From the NCBI RefSeq assembly GCF_018977255.1, contig NW_024704743.1:106456001-106520000 (forward strand): a stretch of 64,000 bases of DNA. The letters run 5' to 3'. This document shows, piece after piece, positions 12,651 to 27,214 of this stretch (position 1 is its first letter; every line of letters begins with the position of its first letter). Both the position numbers and the translations under genes were made by a program. Below the pieces are notes generated by a model. That model saw nothing but the letters and a program-made list of their open reading frames with translations, was not told the origin of the DNA and searched no databases. Source of the DNA: Callorhinchus milii (lineage: Eukaryota).

Positions 12651-13069
12651 CGTGCTCCTTGGTTTACAATATATTGGACAAACTGGACTTGATAAATGTG
12701 TATCTGGTTAGCACTGATTCTTCGCAAGCTAAATAATGCAGTTGTTTTGTCACACAACTTGAGATATCAAATTCTTACAATCAGCACTTCCAGCATCTCC
12801 TTCAGAATAAAGATCATGTTGAGTTCGCAAAAGTAGTTAATTGAAACCAGAGGGACATGCAGAACATTTAATAATATTTATCTTTTATCATTAGATTCAT
12901 GAATTAACTTGGAATCTGAAGTGCTAGGTGGCTATAACTGCAGCCTTGCTTTTACTAACCACTCTTTCAATAGTGAGTTCTTAAAATACTGCACTTTACT
13001 GCAACTATTTTCAAAGGGGACAGGAAGAACCTCATTAAGGAGACAGACACCTCTTAACCTTTAAAAAGC

Positions 13070-13320
13070 AGTTTGGGCAAGCACTTTTCTTACTCCACAC
13101 CTTAGGAGTTTCCTTACTCCACACACCTGATAATAATCCCTCAAGAAAAAAAAAAAAAATTTAGTCATTCAATCTGTTTGTGCGACACTGCTGTGTACAA
13201 TTGGTTGCTGCCTTTCACCTACAAAATAGCTATTCACTTCACAGTATATTCGTGAAGCTCTTTTGAGACATCTAGAACATGTGAAAAGCTCTATATCAAA
13301 TGCAAGTATTATTAGTTATT
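13070..13320 (+). mobile_element. Degenerate SINE copy
   Basis: Core and tail recognisable by similarity to other copies. Confidence 0.7.
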
Positions 13321-13871
13321 CTTTATAACTTTGACTTTTGTTAAGTTATGTCAGCTAGTTGATTTATCATGTTGAAAGTCAGGAAAATTCCCATTTAATC
13401 CAGGAATGTCAAGTGTGTATTTTGGTTTAGTGTGCAAATCTGATTTAAACCATAAAATGTTTTTTTCAAAAGGGTAATAGCACAAACATTAGCAGTGTTC
13501 AAAGAACTGACAATAAAAATGGATTTATTGATAGCCAATGCTATAATAGGTAGCAATACAGTTAAGTTAAGCCAGGCTAATTTAAAGGCTGTAGTCAAAA
13601 AATAAGCATTCAATTTTGATGACTTTTCCATGAGGTTGAGCTCGAGTGGTATGGCTCAAGCAATCATGAATGCAAGAAGACAGTAGCATACTGTCCAGCA
13701 CTGAGTGTTTGTTTTCAATAATCAATCTTTGGTGTACAGGAAGAGAAACCAATCCCCCAACCCATGAATCCATCTTTGATTAATAGCAAACGTAATTTGA
13801 GAATTTAAGCTCTGGTCAACCAATTTTGGTACATAAGGAAATTGACACACTAGTTGTATTATTTTCAGATT

Positions 13872-13877
13872 TTTATT
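13872..13877 (-). terminator. RPS20 polyadenylation signal AATAAA
   Basis: AATAAA on the minus strand 15 nt after the stop codon. Confidence 0.8.
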
Positions 13878-13891
13878 GGATTTCTGGACAT

Positions 13892-16656
<2,765 letters not shown>

Positions 16657-17324
16657 TGGTAACTTCCTGACCGACTTAATCGTCGACTTTTCTGCCACAA
16701 AAAAAGCAGGTGAGCAAGCGAGCGAACAGCGGTGAGTCAGGAGGAGAGTAGAGTACCGTCCGCCTCACTCAGACATCCGGCAAAAGAGGAAGAGGCGAGG
16801 CGGCAGCGTCGCTTAAATGGCGACCCGGTCCGTCCTGCCCCGGAAGGGAACTTGGCCCACACCCCCTCTCTCTTTACCCGGGACATCAGCCGCACAGTGA
16901 GGGTATCCTCCGCCTCCTGGCGGCGGCGGCGGCAGCAGCGGGAGCTCAGGCAGTTAACGTTACCGCGGCGTTACTCGGTCAAGCGCGGAGGGAGGAAATG
17001 GGAAAGAAGATAACAGTTGATGGGGAGGGGGGGGGGAAAAAAAAGAGGAGAAGATGAAAGAGCAGTGGTCGAGCCCTCTCCAGTAGCCGGGGCCCTGCCT
17101 GGCGAGCTCTCCCGCGGCTCGGCCAGGGAGGGCCCACCCTACCTGTCGGAGCTTCGGCTTTTGCAGGGGAGGCCCTGCCCTGCGAGTCCAGGGGGGCGTT
17201 GCAGATCTGAGATACTTGGTCCGGTTTGGATACTTCTCAGCCTGCGATGGCTTTCCACATGTATCAGACACAACTAACCCCGAAACACTACAGCCGCTCG
17301 TTTTGTTTGGACGTGTACAATGTA

Positions 17325-17362
17325 TGTGTGTGTGTGTATATATATATATACACACACACACA
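17325..17362. repeat. Compound microsatellite (TG)6(TA)7(CA)6
   Basis: Read directly; forms a perfect 38-bp palindrome. Confidence 0.9.
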
Positions 17363-17539
17363 AGTTGCCCAGTTTAGTCATCGTAAAATGAAATTGAGAG
17401 ATTGGAGTCTGATGTGAAAGCTCAGGGAACTCGCATACAGCATTTGGATGTTGTGCAAACATGTGCACAAGTGCCATCGTTATGCAATTAATGACCACGA
17501 TAACTATTAATGAGGAATTTTTTTGCAGGTTTCTTGATT

Positions 17540-20450
17540 GGAATGTTTACTTTGCTTCCATTTTCACAGTGGAAAAGGAGGACAAAATACCAGCAGTATG
17601 AGGGAACCTAAACGTAAGCCCAAGAGAAGTACTAAATGGATTTAATATTAATTAAAAAATGGTACTGGAGAAAATAATAGGACTAGAGATAGACATATTT
17701 CCAGCATTTGATTGCTTCCACCTCAAGGTATTGAAAGAAGTAGGGGAGGAAATTGTAGATGTGTTAGTCAGAATTTTACAAAGCTCTCTATATGGACTTC
17801 TTTTCATCTAAAATACTTAACATCCGCCAGGCAGCCTCATCCACCTGCCTCTTGTCACCCACCTCCACACCCTCACTGTCCCTCTCACCCTCCACATCAT
17901 CTGCTCCTACCACCACCCCCATTCTACATTCCTTCCTCCCCATGTCTCCCTCCTCCCTCTCACCCACCATCACCTCCATGAAGCCCACCACCTGCTGCCT
18001 CGACCCCTCCACACCAACCTGCTGGTCACCCAGCTCCCCCTCCTCTGCCCACTACTGCCAACATCATCAACCAGTCCCTCTCTTTGGATCAGTCCCTGCC
18101 TCCCTCAAAACTGCTGTCATCACCCCCCTCCTGTAAAAACCTTCCCTACATCCCTCAAACCCCAACCACTACCGCCCTATTTTTAACCTGCCCTTCTTCG
18201 CAAAAGTCCTAGAACGCGTTGTTGCCAACAACAACAAGATTTCATTTAAAGAGCGCCTTTCACGTCGGGAGGACGTCCCAAGGCGCTGGACAATTGAGTC
18301 GGGACCCGAGCAGGGAGGAAATGGTCAGGGTGAGGGGATGGAAGGGAGGGAGCGAGCGAGGAGGCGGTAGAGAGTCGAGAGGGGAGCTGAAGGCACGGTC
18401 GAAGAGAAAGGTCTTGAGACCGGCCTTGAAGGAGGAAAGGGAGGAGGCAAGACGAAGGCACTGGGGGATGGAATTCCAGAGCCTAGGGGCTGAGAGGCTG
18501 AAGGCCCGGCCACCGATGGTAAGGCGGTTGGGGCGGGGAATGTGGAGCAGACCGGAGCCAGAGGAACGGAGGGTATGGACAGGTAAGTAGGGGGATAGTA
18601 GGTCGGAGAGGTAGGAGGGAGCAAGGCCAATCAACTTTGTGCACACCTCTCCTACTTCGAATCCCTCCAGTCCGGTTTCCGCTCTGCCCACAGTACAGAG
18701 ACTGCGCTTGTGAAAGTCATAAACGACATCCTCTCTATCTGTGACCGGGGCTCCCTCTGCCTCCTTGTCTTCCTGGACCTCTCCGCTGCGTTCAACACAG
18801 TCGATCACGCCATCCTCCTCCACCGCCTTTTCTCCATCCACCTCAGTGGGACCGCACTCGCCTGGCTCGAGTCCTCCTCACAAACCGCCAGTAGTACATC
18901 TGTATAAACGGCTTCTCCCGCTCTCACCCGGTTACCTGCGGGGTATCCCAAGGATCCATCCTTGGCCCCCTTCTCACTCTGATCTACATGCTCCCTCTAC
19001 TTTTCCACCTCTCTTTGCAACCCCCAGTCCCCTGATATTCTGTCAGATTTCAGGGGCTGGATGAGTGCAAATTTCCTTCAGCTGAACGTTGACAAGACCG
19101 ACGCCATTCTCTGGCTCTCGTCAACGTCTAAAATCTCATGGCTCTCACCTCCTCCACCTACCCGACCTCCCCCTAAAACTCTCCGAACCCGTACGCAACC
19201 TAAGTGTCAGGTTCGACACCCAATTATCCTTCCTCCCCCACATTTGGTCCCTCACCAGCACCGCCTTCTTCCACCTCCAACGCATTGCCCGTCTCCGCCA
19301 ATACCTCTCCCCAAAAGCCGCTGAAACCCTGGTCCATGCCTTTGTCACCTCTCGGCTGGACTATTCTAACGCCCTCCTTGCCAGTCTTCCATCCACTACC
19401 ATCCATAAAATCCAAATCATTCAAAACTCTGTCGCCCGCATTCTCACCCGCACGAAACTCCGCTCCCCGATTACCCCAGTCCTTGCCAGACTGCACTGGC
19501 TGCCTGTCCCAGAGAGAATCGACTTCAAGATCCTCACCCTTGTATTCAAGTCCCTCCACTCCTCTGCACCCCCTACCTCTCTCAAAACAGTACCCGTTGC
19601 CTTCGTTCCTCCGGGTCTGGCCGCCTCCTCGTCCCCCGAGTCCTCCGCTCCACCCTCGGTGGCCGTGCCCCAAGACTCTGGAACTCCCTTCCTCACTCCC
19701 TTCGCCTCGCTCCCTCTCTTCCTATTTTCAGGTCTCTGCTGAAGACCTTTCTTTTCGCCTTTGGTCACCTCCCTCCCCCTCCCTCGGCCCCGGGATCCGT
19801 TACTGTGAAGCGCTCTGAGACGCTTATCAAAAAGACAAATGGGCTGTTGGCCTTTATCTGAAGGGGGCTGGAATATATAGGAGCGGAAATGATGCTTCAA
19901 CTTTATAGCGCCTTGGTCAGACCCTATCTGGAGTACTGCGTTCAGTTTGGGCACCACACCTCAGGAAAGAGTTATTGGTTCTCGAGGGGGTGCAGCGCAG
20001 ATTCACCAGAAGGTTACCAGGGCTTAAAGATTAAATTATAAGGACAGGTTGCGTAAACTTGGTTTCTATTCTCTTGAATTTAGAAGGTTGAGGGGTGATC
20101 TGATTGAGGTTTTTAAAATAAAGCGATTCTATAGGGTATATGCAAAAAAACTATTTCCTCTGGTGGGAGAATCCAAAACAAGGGGACATAATTTTAAAAT
20201 TAGAGCTGGGTCATTTAGGAACGAAATTAGGAGGTAGTTTTTCCACCCAAAGGGTAGTGGAGATCTGGAACTCTCTCCCCCAAAAGGTTATGGATGCTGG
20301 ATCCATTTCATATTTTCAAGACTGAGGTGGATAGGTATTTATTAGGTTAAGGATATGTGGAAAGATGGGTGATTGGAGTTGAGGTACAAATCAGCTGTGA
20401 TCTTATAGAATCAGGCTAGCTGGGCTGAATAGCCTACTCCTGTTTCTATA
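17540..20450 (+). mobile_element. CR1 LINE relic (about 17540-17790 and 19830-20450) with an L2 (17815-19820) inside it, which holds an antisense L2 (18227-18630)
   Basis: CR1-like peptides (LEFRRLRGDLIEVFKI, TRGHNFKI) and tail GGCTGAATAGCCTACTCCTG; L2 peptides ([23 protein letters not shown]). Confidence 0.8.
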
Positions 20451-20967
20451 AGTCATTAATCCCATCTGTATGTTAGAATTCACTTTTCCACAAAAAGTGA
20501 TGGGTTAAATTGTTAAAACATCAAACTCATTACCAAACTAGATAAGAGGACATAAGGTGATACCAGGTTAAGACATTGCTTTCTATATTAAACTACAAAA
20601 CTTGCATACAACTAACAATATATAGAACATTATAGAACAAGACAATATCAGGTTGTTTTGTAAAAAAAACTGACTGCAAGCACTAACACAATAGTGCTCA
20701 GCAGCTCCACACTCCCAACAGTCAACTATTAAGTGAATGTATTCCTTCACACATCCACAAAACCCATTCATTCTCCTGACCCTTCCCCTTTCGAAGTTAA
20801 TTGCTCACACTTGGTACGGTTTTATGAGGAATGGCAGTATTCCTTCAAGGAAGTTGTCAAGTAGCCATTCTTCATATGCGAACTTGAATGGAGCAATAGC
20901 AGATAATTACAGCAGAGACCAATCATGACTTCATCGGGATGCTGTGGGAGATCACTGAACGGCAAAT

Positions 20968-21615
20968 CAACAACAACAAATTACACTTGTATAGCAAACT
21001 TCATGTCAGAAAGACAACCCAGTGCACTAGACAATCGAGTTTTGGACCCGAGCTGGGAGTTGGGGTCAGAAGGGGAGGAGGGCAGGGGTTGGGAGGGTGT
21101 CTGAAGGCACAATCGAAGAGCAAGGTCTTCAGACAGGACTTGGAGCAAGAGAGGTGTTGAGGTGGAGAGATTACAGGATAGAGTTCCAGAGTGTGGGGGC
21201 AGAGATGCTGAATCCCCGACCGCCAATAGTGGGGTGGGAAGTGCAGGTGACCTGAAGCAGGTAGGTGTCCGCCGAGCGGAGGGAGCAGACAGGCTGATGA
21301 GGGAGGAAAGGTAGTGGGGAGTAAGACCATGGAGGAACAAGGGTTTTGTATTCAATTCTCTGAGGAATGGGGAGCCAGTGAAGCCGGGCAAGAACAGGGG
21401 TGATAGGTTCTTGGAGGCTGGTGCGAGAGAGGACACAAGCTGCAGAGTTCTGAATAATCTGCAGCTTGTGGAGGGAAGAGTTAGGAAGTCCAGCAAGCAG
21501 GCAGTTGGCATAGTCAAGCTGGGACGTAATGAAAGCATAGATCATTCTCAGCGGCCTGTGGTGAGAGGCAGTGGTGGAGGCGGACAATGTTATGGAGGTG
21601 TGGAAAGGCAGAACG
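20968..21615 (-). mobile_element. L2 3' fragment
   Basis: ORF 21171-21587 (LDYANCLL, RLHWLPI) and (GTT)n tail. Confidence 0.8.
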
Positions 21616-21619
21616 GGTC

Positions 21620-24190
21620 ACAACAACAACAAAATTACATTTATAGAGCGCCTTTCACGTCGGGAGGATGTCCCAAAGTGCTGAACAGTCACGTGTCGGG
21701 GCTCGAGCATGGGGGAGGAGTGGTATAGGGGTGAGAGAAGGCAGAGAGGTGGGAGGGCGACCAAAGGCACGATTGAAGAGAAGGATCTTAAGACTGGCCT
21801 TGAAGGAGGCAAGGGAGGAAGCGAGTCGAAGGGACCGTGGGATGGAGTTCCAGAGTGTGGGAGCAGAGAGGCTGAAAGTCCGGCCACTGATGGTAGGGCA
21901 GGTCGGGCGGGAGACATGGAGCAGACCGGAGCCTGATGAACGGAGGGAGCGGGCAGGTTGGTAGGGAGTCAGCAGGTCAGAGAAGTAGGAGGGGTAAGGC
22001 CACGGATGGCCTTGAAAGTGAGGACGAGTTCTTGAACTCGATCCTCTGGGGGATGGGGAGCCAGTGGAATCGGGCGAGGGTGGGAGTAATGGGGTCATGG
22101 AGCCTGGTGAGCGAGAGTACACGAGCTGCAGAGTTTTGGATGATCTGCAGCTTGTGAAGGGAAGAGTTGGGAAGGCCGATGAGGAGGGAATTTCCGTAAT
22201 CGAGCCTTGATATGACGAATGCGTGAGTGAGGGTTTTGACAGCCTGAGGGGTGAGGCAGTGGCGGAGTCTGGCAATGTTGCGGAGGTGGTGGTAGACAGT
22301 GCCAGTTATGGAGCGGATGTGGGGGAGAAAGGACAGTTCAGGGTCAAACAAGACACCCTGGTTCCTGACTGGCTTAGTGAGATTGAGTGGGCAGCCGTGG
22401 AGGCTGATGCTGCCAGCGCCTGAGGTGTAGAGGATCTGGCGCGAGCCAATCAGGAGGGCCTTGATCTTGTTGACATTGAGTTGGAGAAAGTTGTCCCTCG
22501 TCCAGGACTTGATGTTGGACAGGCATTCGATCAGGTCATGAATGTAGGGTTTGAAGGATAGCTGAGGGTCGAAAAGGACACAAGGGTTTCAGATTAGTGA
22601 GGTGAAGAGTGCAGCCATGAATGGTGATAGCATCAGCGACTGAAGTGAGGAGGTGCTGCCGGGAGCCAAGCAGGAGCGCCTCTGTCTTGTCAACATTGAG
22701 CTGGAGGAAGTTGGCTCTCATTCAGGACTTAATTTTAGGCAGATAATTACCCAGGACATCAACAGTCCTAGAGTCTATGGTGGCGAGATTGAGTTGGGTG
22801 TCATCCGCATACATGTGGAAATTGACCCCATGCCTGTGGGTGACATCTCCGAGTGGGAACATGTATAGATTGAAGAGGAGAGGAACGAGGACAGAGCCCT
22901 GAGGGACAATACACATGACAGTATGCAGGTTAGAGAAGAAGTCATTGGTGGCCATCAAGTGCAGACACTGGGAAAGAGGATTGGAACCAGGCAAGAACAG
23001 AAACATTGAGGTGGATGTGAAAGGAGAAGAGTATAGTCAACAGTATCGAAAGCGGCCGAGAGGTCGAGAAGGACGGGGAAACAGAGAGAATCCTGATCGC
23101 AGGTGGCCAGAATGTCCTTTGTCACTTTGACCAGGACTGTCTCTGTGTTGTGGGCAGCACGAAACCCAGATCGGAGGGGATCGTGGAGGGAATGCTGGGA
23201 GAGGAAAGAGTGAAGCGACAACTCGTTTTATGACCTTTGATAGAAAAGGAAGGTTTAATAATAATAATAATCCTTGCATTTGATATAGCGCTTTTCACGT
23301 CGTCTAGACGTCCCAAAGCGCTTCACAAAATATACTGTAAAGTGAAGTGACTGTGAATTTGTGGGTGAACGCGCAGTCAATTGCGTACATCAGTGTCCCA
23401 CAAACAGTCGTAGATTGAAAATGACCAATTTATTATTGTTTTGGAGGGATTATTATTAGGCGTGTGGAGTAAGGAAACTTGCCCAAGGTTTCGCCCTCTG
23501 CCTGGAATTGAGTCCAGGTCTCTCACTTGCAGAGCGAGTGCTCTAACCACTGAGCTACAGGACTCCACAATGGGGTTTGAAATGGGTGGCAGTTGGAGAG
23601 CAGATATGGGTCAAGTGAAGGTTTTTTGAGGGTAGAGGTGATGACGGCTATCTTTAGGGGGATGGGTTTGGTGCCAGTGGATAGGGAGCGGTTAACGAGG
23701 TCTGTTAGTAGGGGGGCAAGGAGTTGGAAGGTGAGGAGAGGTGTAGGTATGGGGTCAAGGGAGCACATGGTGGGTTTCATACAGGAAATGATGAAGGTGA
23801 GCGAGGAGGGGGAGACAGGGTCAAACATGTGGAGAGAGGAATGCGAGGTGCTGGAAGAAGGGCTAGAGGCAACAGAGCAGATCCATAGTTGACTTTGGAC
23901 AAGGAAATTCATCAACTCCTCGCATTTGGTGTTGGAGGAGAGGATGGCAAAGGCGTGCGAGGGTGGACAGAGGAGTTGGTTTATGGTGGAAAAGAGGAGT
24001 CAGGGGTTGTCCTTAGCTTCCAACATGTTTTGAGGCCAGGGCAGAGCGGTAGGTCTTGGTGCAGTCCTGCCAGATCTGATGGTGAACTGTTGATTTGGAT
24101 TTGCACCAGGTGCATTCGGCGGAGCCACCTGAGATTTGAGGGAGCGAAGGTGGCTTTGTGTGAGCGGAAGATGGTGCGGGAGATGATGGG
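21620..24190 (-). mobile_element. Compound, decayed L2 LINE(s) with RT remnants
   Basis: YADD in ORF 22722-23006, [11 protein letters not shown] in ORF 22955-23221; several frameshifts; interrupted by a SINE at 23258-23568. Confidence 0.85.
23258..23568 (-). mobile_element. Full-length tRNA-Ala/Deu SINE inserted in L2
   Basis: Head, core and (ATT)n tail all present. Confidence 0.85.
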
Positions 24191-25330
24191 AATATAAAAT
24201 ATAAAAAGGAAGCCATTTTTTTCCTTCTCAGTCAAGTACACATTGGGGCAAACGACAAGCTGGGGTTTTCTAACTCGTTTTGACCAGTTACCGCCAAAGG
24301 AATATTGCCTTCCTGGTCTGTAGAACTTAGTGCAATATGATGCCACACATCCACTGGAGGATGTCCAATTTACCTTTTAATTAAAAGGAACATAACCCCA
24401 TTTAGGGGGAGGTTACTGTTCAGGTATTATTAAATAGGGTGTCATGGGAGTCGGGCATTTCAAACATTAATTGACCTTTCATCCGAAGACCTTCCTGCCA
24501 CAAAGCATCAGGTGCTGGTTGCCGGGTGGCCTCCCAGCCTGGCCCCGGGCCTGGTTCTCACCCGGTTTCTCCGTCCCGAGTCTGTCTCTCTCTCTCTCAT
24601 ATCCGAGCATCGTAAAACACCAGCAACTGGCAAAGGGGATATAAAGCAGCCACCGGGCATCCCGACCGCCCCCAATCACCAGGTCACTCCCTCTCAAGGG
24701 GGCGCCCCACAGCGTGAAAGCACACGATTCCAAACACGATTATTTTTTTTTAAAAAAGTTCTCATCTATTTACGGTTATAATTCATATGTTAAAAACTTC
24801 CCATTCACAATGATTTCGAAAAGTGACCAGAATCTCTTCCAGTGTATTACTCTGGGCCAACGAGTGAAGATTAACCAATTAATGCCTCGGTTTTAAAGAC
24901 ATGGAGCTGGAAAGGAAGGATTTGTATTTCCCACTGATTGCATTGGATGGGCACAGTGAAGGACATCAAATTTCCAGGGTCTGAAATGCAACAGCTCAAT
25001 AGTAGGAGAATACACGAGCTCTTGGACAATTTGAGAAGAAAGACAGATCAAATGCAAAGTTCATTACATTTGCAACTCCCGGGGTTTATATTGCTCAACT
25101 CCAAATTTACAATTTAGCCATAAAGCACGAATGACTCGGTTCTGAAGTGACAAAATAAACAAAGACCTCTTTAAAATGACTCTTTTGTTAACCCCTAAAC
25201 CCACACACACATTTTACTAACTGCTATAAAACTCCAATGACCCGCAGTGTTCCTGTCTCCCTGACAAACTTGAAGATGAGATATCCGATTCACATTTGCA
25301 ATAAAATATTTCACAAAATTCTTAATTTGC

Positions 25331-25336
25331 TTTATT
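25331..25336 (-). terminator. Likely MOS polyadenylation signal AATAAA
   Basis: First AATAAA on the minus strand ~85 nt after the MOS stop. Confidence 0.6.
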
Positions 25337-25421
25337 GAGACAGACATTCCTTCTGCTAATATTCATGAGTTTGACACATTTTTTCTTTTTTTAAACTTTT
25401 TTTAAACAATCCTGTAAAAAG

Positions 25422-26438
25422 TTATTCAATTTCAGGGACTCCATGCTGTGCTTGCAGATAAATAAGAGTTTCTAATATTTGATCAGCATTTGGCCTCTCG
25501 TTGGGTTCAGCTCTCCAGCAATGACCAATGATCTGTTCAATCTTCTGCCCCATCGACGAGTCTTTGAAAGTTGCTGAAAACGTTGGGCGCCGGTTATAAG
25601 CCACGACAGCGTACATCACACACTGTCGGTCACCCGAGAAGGGCTGATCCCTGGTCATCATTTGCCACAAAGTAATTGCAAAAGAGTAAATGTCCGCTTT
25701 TAGAGTGGCGTTGCAGCCCTTCAGTAGCTCCGGCGCCCTGTGGGTGTAGGTACCGGCGAGGTGTCGCACTTGAACATTGGGCGTTAAATCGTCTTTCGTC
25801 AGTTTGTGAGAACATCCAAAGTCCCCAATTTTACACTGTCCCTGGTCTGAAATCAACACATTCGCTGGTTTCAGATCCAGGTGCACAATATTGTGCGAAT
25901 GAAGAAAACTCAGTCCACTCACAATATCCTTTGAAAATTGTAAACAGTTCCCCACCTCCAGCGTTTTCGTGCAGTTATAGATCCTGTGGTGCAGACTGAT
26001 ATCTCCCGCATACTCCATTATTATTGTGCCCAAATTGTCCTCTTTCTCTGGATCTTCTGGCACAGAAGTCGTGGCTGCTACAACCTTCACGATGTTATCA
26101 TGACGGAGATTGGCCACGTTCAGTTCAGCCCAAAAACTGTGCCTCGAAGCCAGTTTGTTCTTAGTCGATTTCTTCACTTTTTTTACTGCGACGATGTTAC
26201 CATAGTAAGTGCCTTTATAAACAGACCCGAAGCCGCCTGAACCCAAAAGATCAAGTAAATTAAGCTCATCCCAAAACACTGTACACCAGGAGAGATGCGG
26301 CAGCGCTTTATATCGTCCGGTAAAAGAAAAGCGTTGCTCTTTTCCTCGGAGCTGATAAGGGCTACTGCAGGGTCTCAAAGTAACTGTGGACGAAAAGCCT
26401 TTTGGCAAAAAGCGGTTAATTGGGATAGGAGAGGGCAT
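25422..26438 (-). CDS. MOS: Proto-oncogene serine/threonine kinase Mos (intronless, 338 aa)
   Basis: MPSP N-terminus, GSGGFG, VAVKKV, SFWAELN, HLDLKPAN, DFGCS, GTYTHRAPE motifs; single exon; syntenic between RPS20 and PLAG1. Confidence 0.97.
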   Translation of the reverse strand: MPSPIPINRFLPKGFSSTVTLRPCSSPYQLRGKEQRFSFTGRYKALPHLSWCTVFWDELNLLDLLGSGGFGSVYKGTYYGNIVAVKKVKKSTKNKLASRHSFWAELNVANLRHDNIVKVVAATTSVPEDPEKEDNLGTIIMEYAGDISLHHRIYNCTKTLEVGNCLQFSKDIVSGLSFLHSHNIVHLDLKPANVLISDQGQCKIGDFGCSHKLTKDDLTPNVQVRHLAGTYTHRAPELLKGCNATLKADIYSFAITLWQMMTRDQPFSGDRQCVMYAVVAYNRRPTFSATFKDSSMGQKIEQIIGHCWRAEPNERPNADQILETLIYLQAQHGVPEIE

Positions 26439-27214
26439 TCCTGTTGCCTTTCCTCCTTCAGAGACAAGAGCGACGTCCTGAACGGGAGGAATCGACGTCC
26501 AAAAAATAAGCTCTAAGGAATCTTATTTCCCGCAGCAATTGTTTCCATGAATCAGATACATGTGCAGGTTGTTGGCGATACCTGGCGCTGGACAGATCCA
26601 GAGCACTAAACCAGACCCAAGGCCACATGGTGTGGTGGAGAGCACAAGGAACACCTGAAGGCAATCTTTATTCAACGACCTCTTTATTTTCAACACATGC
26701 TCTTAGTCGCTGGTATCGAAACCAGCGATTATCAAGACATCCATCACCAATTCGCTGACTCTGTGAAAATCTTTAAAAGTATGTTCAGTCGCTTTATGTA
26801 TTTGTCATCATATATGAAGCTTATTTCCAGTCAATGACAGTCAATTTAACAAATGCACTCGACACATCACTGTGTCTGTCTTGTGAAATGATTGGGTGCT
26901 GAGTGTAGGTAATCCAAGTTATGTTTAACACAAGGAGCTTTCATGTGCTGTTGGGTCAAGGGTTCATATCTAAATATAGATAACATATTCAGTATCACAA
27001 ATATTGTGTCAACAGATAGGGACCAGGACACAGACCAGAGAGCGAGGGACAGTGGAAATTGCATCTCAGAGTTGAGTGACCATTTCCAGTATTATTGAAT
27101 AAACACCGATTTCGTTATTTTTGTATCGGCGTGTTTTATTGGTCTTGAGACGGGTCTTTATTGATTTTTGTTGGTTAAAACTGAAAATTCAAAGCCCTAG
27201 TTAGTGACTTCAGT

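Noticed and set aside
17271..17281. CTAACCC resembling the telomerase RNA template
   Set aside because: The template is incomplete (no CTAACCCTAA) and no pseudoknot CR2/CR3 or H/ACA domain follows.
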